Virus record (IMG/VR): IMGVR_UViG_3300045988_105285
Coordinates: 32,001 to 96,000 of that record
Direction: 5' to 3' (one strand)
From: a virus
DNA: 64,000 nt
Shown here: piece after piece, positions 49,628-59,100 of the stretch
Layout: each line of letters begins with the position of its first letter
How positions within the stretch are numbered: the stretch's first letter is position 1
Made by a program: the position numbers and the translations under genes
Notes under the pieces: generated by a model
Databases searched by the model: none
What the model was told of the DNA's origin: nothing
Seen by the model: only the letters and a program-made list of their open reading frames with translations

Positions 49628-49969
49628 TTATGATTTTCTCTTGCTTTTTATGAAGTGTAGTATATCCCACTTCTTCCAATATCGGGTGTGCCCACGCTTC
49701 TTGCACTCGCCATTCGGAATATCACCTCTAGCGACCATTCTATTCAATGTAGCATCAGAAACGTGCAGTTTCTCCTTAACTTCCTCGGTAGATAGCATCG
49801 GGTTGAGCATATCTGGTATGATGTCACACAATCTATCCAGGTCATCATCGCTCATTCCGCAAGCGGTGACCTTCTCACCATTTCTCTGTTGCTCGTCTGC
49901 CTTGAAACAAGCATCACTGAGCGACTTTAAAGCCGTGCCGAGTATCTTATAATTCAATATCTTTCCCAT
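49628..49969 (-). CDS. excisionase/AlpA-like HTH protein
   Basis: LSTEEVKEKLHVSDATLNRMVARGDIP....TRYWKKWDI. Confidence 0.55.
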   Translation of the reverse strand: MGKILNYKILGTALKSLSDACFKADEQQRNGEKVTACGMSDDDLDRLCDIIPDMLNPMLSTEEVKEKLHVSDATLNRMVARGDIPNGECKKRGHTRYWKKWDILHFIKSKRKS

Positions 49970-49972
49970 ATC

Positions 49973-50524
49973 TTATGCACAAATTTTACGTCCTAGTTTC
50001 GTATCATTAACAAACATTCTAGCAAAGCTATACAAATAGAATATAGTTGTCACGACCATGACAGTAAAGCAGGAATCCACCATATCTTTAGTTGTGTACC
50101 AACTCCACTCTACAATATGAGCCGCATTGATGCCTAAGTAGTACATAAATGGAATGCGATACCACTGGCACAAGAAGAAAAATCTACTTGCCAGTATCGT
50201 CACCATCGGCAGGACGTAAACCATGAAATAAATAAAGATATAGCAAGGCATATTTTCATTATATGGGATAAACATCTCACGTGGATGCTGAGAGAACTCC
50301 CAAATGCCGTATGCGTGGAAGAACATAATAATGATAGGCACATACTTGCAGAACCAGCGGAAGAACTTTAATATTCTCCTGCTATACCGATTACCATGCT
50401 TCTTAAGCATATCCATCAGCTCCGTCACATCAATGTCCTTTATCAACCGTTGGACTTCGGCTTCTTGTTCTAGTGTCATATTAATAAACCTCCTTTTGTC
50501 TATAGCTAATTGTTCATAATTCAT
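49973..50524 (-). CDS. multi-pass membrane protein (183 aa)
   Basis: At least 4 hydrophobic segments after a soluble N-terminus. Confidence 0.55.
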   Translation of the reverse strand: MNYEQLAIDKRRFINMTLEQEAEVQRLIKDIDVTELMDMLKKHGNRYSRRILKFFRWFCKYVPIIIMFFHAYGIWEFSQHPREMFIPYNENMPCYIFIYFMVYVLPMVTILASRFFFLCQWYRIPFMYYLGINAAHIVEWSWYTTKDMVDSCFTVMVVTTIFYLYSFARMFVNDTKLGRKICA

Positions 50525-50546
50525 TGATTTAAATTAAATGATGTTG

Positions 50547-50554
50547 CAAAGTTA
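50547..50554 (-). promoter_or_regulatory. -7 box (TAACTTTG)
   Basis: Plus strand reads caaagtta, 23 nt upstream of the ATG at 50524. Confidence 0.45.
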
Positions 50555-50705
50555 CACTCTTTTGCACAAAACCAGCGGAAATGAGAATATTTCTGTGTTA
50601 AACTTTATAAAAAGTAACAATCTGAAAGTAGATGGCTACAAAAATAGCGTTAGAACGGCTTTCTTGCCAAATTCTAACGCTATTTCTATATCTACTTATC
50701 AATGT

Positions 50706-51170
50706 TTATCCTATCACAACATCAAGGGTCTCCATATCAGCGAACTTCAAGCCGCAATCCTTAGCAGCTTTGAAGAGCTCCTTCTCGTCAACTTCCTCAA
50801 TGGACACCTCTACCTCGGCATTGGCAAGGTCTGAGAAGTACTTCTCGGTCTTCTGCTTCTGATTGAAGAAGTACTCATTGACCTCAGCGAACTTGGCTGA
50901 ATCGTCCTTGGTGTATTCGTAGCCCTCATTGGCGTGCTTCTGTTCCAACTGCTGGCACTCCTGAAGCTTGCACTGCATCTCCTCGAACTTATCGTCCTTC
51001 AGGCTCTCCTGCGCTTCCTTCACATCCTTGTCGTAAGTGTCGGCTACTTGGCGCAGTGCCTTCATATTCTTCCAAACTCGCATAGCGGCATCATCGCTCA
51101 TAGATGATGTCTTCAATGCTTTCAACGTTCTGTAGGCATCAACAGCCTCGATTGTCTTAATCTTTTTCAT
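50706..51170 (-). CDS. hypothetical acidic protein (154 aa)
   Basis: ORF track entry with its own promoter box at 51248..51255. Confidence 0.55.
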   Translation of the reverse strand: MKKIKTIEAVDAYRTLKALKTSSMSDDAAMRVWKNMKALRQVADTYDKDVKEAQESLKDDKFEEMQCKLQECQQLEQKHANEGYEYTKDDSAKFAEVNEYFFNQKQKTEKYFSDLANAEVEVSIEEVDEKELFKAAKDCGLKFADMETLDVVIG

Positions 51171-51247
51171 AATTGTTTTTTTATTTTTATGTTATACAAT
51201 ATTCTTCACCAGATTGCCATAGCAGAATACCTTTCCTATTAACAGTG

Positions 51248-51255
51248 CAAAGTTA
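51248..51255 (-). promoter_or_regulatory. -7 box (TAACTTTG)
   Basis: Plus strand reads caaagtta. Confidence 0.45.
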
Positions 51256-51423
51256 AGAAAATAATTCCGAATAACAATGCAGGAGGAGCAAAATTTACGA
51301 ATTTTAAAAATCAGCTTCCCCACGTTGGATAATCACTAGGACGTAATGTGTCTGCTTTCTCGGTGAGAACGTAAACCACAAATACATTTCTAGTATATTT
51401 GTTATATTAAGAACATCTACGTT

Positions 51424-52707
51424 TTAATGCATAATATAACTACCTGCTGGAGGAACTTGTTTCCATCCACCATCTATATTAATTTCAAAAGATAATTGAC
51501 ACATTTGTCCATAATAACCTCCTTCATAAACATTATCAAATCTTATATATATATCAACATAATCTGTTCTATCACCTTCAGGAATAGTTACAGCACCTGT
51601 AATTTGACCAGAGCTATTAGATACATAACCTCTTCCGTATGTTGTCTTATTGTTACCATAACCACAAACACTTCTAAATATACCATCAGTAATTGTAATT
51701 GTAGCATCAGGAAGTTTATATATTCTAGCTTTACAAATACAAGTACCACCAACTAATTCTCTCAACGATGAGAAATCAACAAAACCACTAGAACCGCTTT
51801 TAATACTTTCCATATTAATTTGTCTAGGATAATATTTAAAACTAATACTACCCGGACACTTTATAAAAATTATTTTTGTATTATCATATAAAGTTGCATT
51901 ACGAGTATATGCTAAAAAAGGCACAATAGTAATTTCTTTATCATTACCTATATCAAAAGTTATTTCTCTACCTGCATATATAAAATCTGTTGGTTTTTGG
52001 CAATTACCGACATAATAATTTTTATAAATCTTATCATTAACATTATATGGTGAATCATAACGAATTTGAATCCAAAAAGACCAAGCTAAATATAAATCAG
52101 GAATTATATCTTCCATAGTAACATTTATATTATCAACAACATGCACATTCTTATATAGAATACAATTAAATTTAGGAGTTGAAGAATAATAAATTTCAAC
52201 ATTACGTAATTCAGGAATAGAAGTTAGAAACATATTAATTGTTGCTTTACTATTATAGTTTCTAAAATCACTTAATCTATAAGGAGAATTAGCACCACCT
52301 TTTGGAAAATGTTTTCCTGATACTCTTGTACTTGTATTATCAGGAATACCGCCAACTGCACCATATACATTATCAATATAAAAGTTGTAACAACCTTTAA
52401 TTGCAAAACCTTCTTCTCCATAATTATAACGCAAGTTCTTATAAGTGTCCATAGGTATATTCATACCACAACGAACAACACAAGTATATCTACTATATGA
52501 AGATCTTACTATTTCCTCAGAGTCTTCTCTAATAGGATATTCTTTAAATTCACCTTTACAACTAATAGGTTTATACTTACTCCATATATTTATATTTTCA
52601 CTCTTACAAAGAGTAGCAAGGTCATTGCTACTCTCTCCAAGAGCTCGTTTAACATCATCAATGCTAACAGGAGCACTAATAATTCCACTATCACTATTGT
52701 AAGACAT
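51424..52707 (-). CDS. putative receptor-binding / tail-fibre-associated protein (427 aa), strongly AT-rich gene
   Basis: It lies downstream of the giant fibre gene. The start is refined to MSYNSDSGIISAPVS. The function is assigned from position only. Confidence 0.4.
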   Translation of the reverse strand: MSYNSDSGIISAPVSIDDVKRALGESSNDLATLCKSENINIWSKYKPISCKGEFKEYPIREDSEEIVRSSYSRYTCVVRCGMNIPMDTYKNLRYNYGEEGFAIKGCYNFYIDNVYGAVGGIPDNTSTRVSGKHFPKGGANSPYRLSDFRNYNSKATINMFLTSIPELRNVEIYYSSTPKFNCILYKNVHVVDNINVTMEDIIPDLYLAWSFWIQIRYDSPYNVNDKIYKNYYVGNCQKPTDFIYAGREITFDIGNDKEITIVPFLAYTRNATLYDNTKIIFIKCPGSISFKYYPRQINMESIKSGSSGFVDFSSLRELVGGTCICKARIYKLPDATITITDGIFRSVCGYGNNKTTYGRGYVSNSSGQITGAVTIPEGDRTDYVDIYIRFDNVYEGGYYGQMCQLSFEINIDGGWKQVPPAGSYIMH

Positions 52708-52840
52708 AATCTTTATTTTTTTAATATTCAACTTCAGTTTCTAATTCTGTTACAACTTCTTTAATAACAACTCGCTCTACTGTTACATTACTTAAAACAC
52801 TAGGCAAGGCAGCTCTATAAGAGCCACCCTGCGTTAATAC

Positions 52841-53146
52841 TTACTCTGATGCCTCGCTTGCCATATTGGTAGCGATAGCGGAATCAACCTCCGCTATCAA
52901 TGCTGACACCTCACTGAGCTTGCTCTGAGGGACGCCGCTGATGTTGTAGGTCAGCTCGCTGCCGTTTGAGCTGGCGTTCGCGTTGCCGAGATAGTTACCA
53001 TTGGTATCTGCGTAGATACTCATATTGATGCTGTCGATGTTGCCACCCGTCTTGTCAACATTGTAGGTAATTTCTACTCGATAGCCGTCCTTGGTATAAG
53101 TGGCGGTTGTCTGTTCACTCTTCTTGTTAATCTTTAAATTCTCCAT
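52841..53146 (-). CDS. hypothetical protein (101 aa)
   Basis: Immediately downstream of the fibre gene. Confidence 0.55.
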   Translation of the reverse strand: MENLKINKKSEQTTATYTKDGYRVEITYNVDKTGGNIDSINMSIYADTNGNYLGNANASSNGSELTYNISGVPQSKLSEVSALIAEVDSAIATNMASEASE

Positions 53147-53154
53147 TTTCTTAA

Positions 53155-56100
53155 CTAATTTAATAAATTAATATTCTTGTTATCTAATCTCTTCTTGTTA
53201 TTGCCGTCCTGCTTTCCGCTCAATCGCTGAACCTCGGATTCGAGGAAGACCACACGAGCCTTCAATCTACTCACCTCATCGCCCACCTGCTCGATAGCAC
53301 CGAATGCCGTTGCAATCAGCTTCGGAGACCAATAATTAATTTTGTAGTAGCCCTTCTCATCAGTCTCCACGATGTCCTTTAAGTGAGGGTTGCACAAGAC
53401 GTGCTGGGCAATCCAACCGATAGACCTTGTGTTGTCCTTCTTCCAAGCGAAGCCGAACGTGCCACCCATTGCCTTGATGATACCGAAGTAGTCCAGCTTC
53501 CGCAAATCCTGCTTCAAGCGGATGTCTGAGGATGAGTAAGCAGTAATGCCGCCAGTGGCGAGAAAATTACCATTATTTTCATAATCCATCATTGCAACTT
53601 GTTTCCAATTATTGAAGTATGTTGCGTTATATTCTTTGTTCCTATAGTACAATGCTCCGCTTCCACCTGCTAACCATAGTTGCGGTTGCCAATGGTTATG
53701 ATAATTTGTTAATATTTCTATTACATGTCCGTAAGTAGTTGGACCTCCATCATAATATACCTCATAAACATTCATTTTACCAAGCCACGAGGAATCATTA
53801 GTTTTTATTGTTGACCATAAACCTTTATTGACTTTCTCACTGTCGCCTCTGCATAATACACTTGTTACACGTAATGCTTGATTAACCACAAGAGCACTCG
53901 TCATATATGACCTTAAATAGTCATCAGAACCATTTGTTCCCCATACTCTAGCAGGACTACTATTGTTACCTTCATTTCCAGAACTGCAATTAATATAACC
54001 ACAAAATATATATCCATTTTGGTCAGTTCTAACTATTTTATTAGCTTCATTATTTCGTCCTGAATGTACGTGTAACCCATCACAAGTGTCAGCATTACCG
54101 GCATTATTAGCATAACCATTAACTAACGCATTATATAAACTATTAGCACCTTTTTGGCTAAGACTAATAGTACTATTTAAATCCGTAAAAGTATCAGTAA
54201 TTCCACGCCAAGTATTTTGCCAAGTAGTAGAAGTTCCATTAATCGTAATAGTATTACCGCTTACAGAACCTGTAACAAAGTTTTTGTCATTAGCAAACTG
54301 ACTTAACTTCGTTGGTCTCTCACTAACATTTCCCCAAGCTACGGAATTGGCACTTCCTGCACTGCTTGCGTAGTTAACAGATAAACTTGATATAGCCTTA
54401 TGTCCACCACCACCTAATAAAACGTAGTCGTCAGAACTAACACCTCCTATTATAAACCCTTTTGCTTTGATTGGAAGATAACCTTCATTTTTATAATCAA
54501 ACCAAGTTAGAGATGTATCTGATTCCATTCTAAGACTACCCCAACATACGTTTAATATATGGAATCCAATTCCTGGAGTAGATGTTAAACCATCATATTT
54601 ACTTGTATTGAGAAATAATCTCATAGTATTTGGTTCTGTCATTCCTCCAGTTGGAGTATCTAACACCAAAACTCCAGTCATAGTTCCACCTCTAAGTTTA
54701 AGATAGGTATTAGCAGCATCAGCAGACTTCAAATAAGCACTAAGACTTTGATGACTAGTCAGGAACGTTGCACCTTTGGTAAAGGTGAGTTTCTTGCCAC
54801 TTTTCGATACCGAGGTGATAGCGTTGCCAGTGCCGCTAATCGCAACCTCATTGACGTAGCCATCTAGGCTCTGATGTGAAGTCAAGAACGTTATTCCCTT
54901 TGTCACGCTGATAGTCGTTCCGTTCTTACTGATGGCTGTCACTGCGTTTCCACTACCGCTAACACTAACGTCCATAGCCGAGCCTCCTTCTAGGCTGACA
55001 ATACGACTATCAAGAGCCTTGATAGAGTAGGCAGAAGCTATCTCAGACAAAGATTCGCTAGCAAGCTTCAAGGCATCTGCATAGCTCTTCACACTACCAT
55101 TCAACCCACCACCACCTGACGAGCCACTACCTTCACCATAGGCGGTAATGCCACCAGTAGCATAGAAGTTAGCTGCGGTTGTACCATCAGACTTAACTAC
55201 TTTAATGGCAGTATTAGCTTTATCATAAACTAATCTGACATCACCAATTTGCACATAAACACCATCAGTATTAGCAATAGTTATACTGCCATTTACATCA
55301 GCATTACCATTCACGCTATTGCCCCAAAGCTTTCTTGTTGTTCCCCAATAAGAAGTTACTATGTTGGCAGTACCATTAAACGATGTTCCGTTTATAGTTC
55401 TAGAGTTCTGTAACTTAGTAGCACTTCCAGCATTACCGCTAATACTAGCAGAAGCTGTAATGAACCCTGCTCCATTAGTAAGCTGATTAGTATTGTTTGG
55501 AATACTAATAGACTTTGCAGCAGAACCATTATAAGAACCACTACTATAACCGCTCCAAGAAAGAGCATTAGCAACTTTTGATGCAGATGCTACATTGTCA
55601 GTAACTCTAGCAAGTCTTACCCAAGGAGCAGCCCAAGCTGCATCATTACTTATCTTGCCTCCAGCTCTAGAACGGACATAAACTTCAGTAGTGCCAGCTT
55701 TTATAGCAAACTGAGTTTGCCACATATCAGGAGAAGTTGCCGTATTATTACTATCAGTATAAGACAGATTAATATAATGATGCCAACCAGTTTGTCCATT
55801 AGGATTAACATAACCATTCAACGTTTGATAGTTAGCAGTAGAACTAGCATAAGGTGCTGCAATATTAGACATACCCATACTATTCCCGTGTGTTGCAATA
55901 TCGTTAAAATTGTTTCCAACACCACTAGGAAAAGCTCTTACTAAATTCAGTGCTTTAGAAGTTCCACCAATACTAATAGTAACCTTGTTTGCAACATCAG
56001 AAATACTGAAACCAGTAAACAAACCACTAGCGTGATAATTATCTACCATATCTGCGTTATGAGCAGTAGCTTCATTTTTAACCCAATTCTGAGTTGCATA

Positions 56101-59100
56101 AGCTGCGAGACTTTGATGTGTTGTGAGATAAGTTCCCAAATCTACAGCATCTCCACCACTAGCCGCAATGGTTTTAGTGATACCGTTAATCTTTACACTA
56201 TGTGTATGAGTAGTAGCAGACTTACCATTAAGAAGAGAATCTACACTACTCTTTGTGTAATAATTACTTAAACTCTGATGCGAGGTGAGATATGTAGCAC
56301 CCTTCGTGAAGGTGATGGTCTTGCCGCTCTTTGTAACGGCAGTAACGGCATTTCCACTTCCGCTAACTGCTATCGCATTCACGTAACCATCAAGAGACTG
56401 ATGAGCCGTGAGGAACGTACCCTTCGCGAAAGTAATCACACCAGTGCTTGCATCATAGGTTGCACCAGTGAGGGCATTGCCGCCAGTTGGCACAGACACG
56501 CTGATACTAGGAACAGCACTTGCCACATTCTGAATCTCCGAATAGAGCTTTGCTACTGAGTATGCAGAAGCAATCTCTGAAAGGTTTTCCGTAGTAAGCC
56601 TGATAGCATCAGCATAAGCCTTTACAGAGCCGTTGAGCCCACCACCACTTGATGATGATGTTCCCACACCATAAGCGGACACACCACCACTTGTGTAGAG
56701 GTTAGCCACCTCTTCGGTCGTAGTATTCGTAATCTTCAGCGCCTTATTAGCTGCATCATACTCCAACTTGATGTTACCGATGGAGATATACTTTCCACTA
56801 GGCACGATGATGCTTCCGTTAATATCGGCAGTACCGTTAAACGAGTTACCCCAAAGCTTGCGAGCGTTCGTGAGCTGTAGAGCCTTTTTCGCTGAACCGC
56901 TTGTAAAGTAGCCCTGCAAAGTAGTGATATTCGTCTTATTGGTGGATATGCCCGAAGCGTTTACCCCTTCTGCCTTTTTCGCTCTTGTTACCTCGTCAGA
57001 TATAGACTTATTGATTCCATCAACAATACCGCTAAGAGTGTCAGTCTGCGCAATATTGGCGAGGAAGCTAACCACCTCGTTCCACTTGTTGATAATTCCG
57101 TCCGCAGTCTCTTCGTCAGTAGTCATAAGTGCATACCAACCATAAGCGCTATCCCAATGACTTACTTTTGTCGATGAAATACCGTCCAATACAGACTTAT
57201 TGCTATGAGTATGCTTTGCCGATACCGCACCATCCCAAGCTGTCTGCTTTGCAGTAGTAGGAATGGAGTAACCCGAGGCAAGACTAATGGCAAACGTACC
57301 GCTTGTCGTGATGGTCTTTGTTGCGCACGCCAAACCTGTAGGAAGTGTAAGTGCTACAGATGTAACAGTACCCTTGTTTGTGGTATAGCCCTTTGCATCA
57401 ATCTCCGCTTTGGTATAATAGCTTGCGAGAGACTGATGGGCAGTCAGATACCCAGCATCGTTGGTAAGCTGGCTTACCTTCGTGATGCGGTCAGTGATTT
57501 CTGTCCACTTGTGGGTATGCGCACTAGGTGCGAACGTTGATGGTTTACCCGTAATGTTATTCCAAGAGAGATTCAGATCGCCAAGTTCTGTGGCTATGTT
57601 GTCAATTCGGCTGCTGAGAGCCTTGATAGCATAGGCGTTCGGGATACTAGTCAAGTCTGCATCCGTATAGCTTCCCTCTATGATTCTCGCATAGCTGATT
57701 ACGCTTGCATTCAAGCCGCCACCGCCTGAAACACTACTTGCTCCGTATGCTGTGATACCGCCTGTGGCATAGAGATTACCATCCACTTTGATAGCCTTGT
57801 TGGTTGCGTCATACGTAAGCTTGATTCCGTGGAAAGTGATAGTACCCTCGAATGTAGCATCGCCCGATACGCCAAGTTTAGAGAATGGAGCGTTTGGCTT
57901 CAAAGACACAAGGTCGGCAACGCTCGTTCCTGCACTTCCTGCCTTCCACGTAGGCTCGAAAAAGGTGAGGTATGCGCCAAGATTTTTCTCACTGATGATG
58001 AAAGATGTCGGGTCTGCGTGAACCCTACCATCTGTTCCCCACCAGATTGCACCACCTGCCACATAGCCCGAACCATCGAAGCGGAATATGGTGTTGGCAG
58101 GAGTCTTAGAGCCATCGTTGTAGTCCTTATCTACCATTTCGCCACCGAACCAAGCAGCGATGCCGCCTCCCTTTGCAGACTTCTCCGTGATACCATTGAT
58201 ACCTGCCGTAGTGTTTCCGTCCGTGTCTCGCAAACCGATGAGTGATGTAAGAACCAGACCTCCGTTAATCTCAGTATCGGGAGCATCCATCAGAGCCTTC
58301 TTTAAGTAAGCAAGGCTGGTTACGTCACCGATTACTACACCGAGGTTGCTATAAATCTCGCTAGTTATATAGGCGTTTGCCAAGCCAAGCTTGTCATAGA
58401 AGGCTGAATATGCGTTTTGGAAGTTGGTGAACTTCGTTCCGACAGCAGATACGATGGTAGCCTTGCCTTCAGTATCAGCCGCATTATATCTCTTCGAAAT
58501 ATCTGAGAGATACTTGATGAGTTCTGTCTTGGAAGTAGTGAGGGTAGCAAAAGCGGTATTGAGGTCGGTGAGTTCCTTGGTGCCCTTCAGTACCTCTGCA
58601 TCCTTCACCTCATTATATGACTTCTGCGCTGCCGCAAAATCATCTTCGAGTCGCTTAGAATCCTGCGCCATAGCTGCAATCTCGGAAGGCTCTAGGTAGC
58701 CATCGGTAACATAACTATCGAATGCCTTTTTGTTGGTGGTGACGGTAGTTCCTAATTTGCTGATGTCACCCTGCGCCTTTTCTGCCGCCTTCTGCGCTTT
58801 CTCCGCCGCTGCCTTGGCTGCGTTAGCAACGGTATCATCGGTGTATTTAGATGCTTTTATCCAATCACCGATTGCGAACTGAGAACCAGCACCCTTTGCA
58901 GTCTGGCAGCGCAATACCTCATTCTTGTAGGTACTGCCATCTGTAGGATAGGTAGCATTCACCCAAATATCGCCCACCTGATAGGGCGGAATAGGCTGAG
59001 TGCTGAATACCTTCATTTTGCCATTTGCCGTTTCCTGAGCCTTGCTTGCATCGGAAAGGGCTTTAGCGATGTCGGTATCTGTAATGATAGTCCACTTATA

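Noticed and set aside
49628-49969. An integration module (integrase + attP) near the excisionase-like HTH gene.
   Set aside because: No tyrosine or serine recombinase motifs are found in any ORF of the window. The neighbours are small membrane proteins. Lysogeny capacity therefore cannot be supported from this window.
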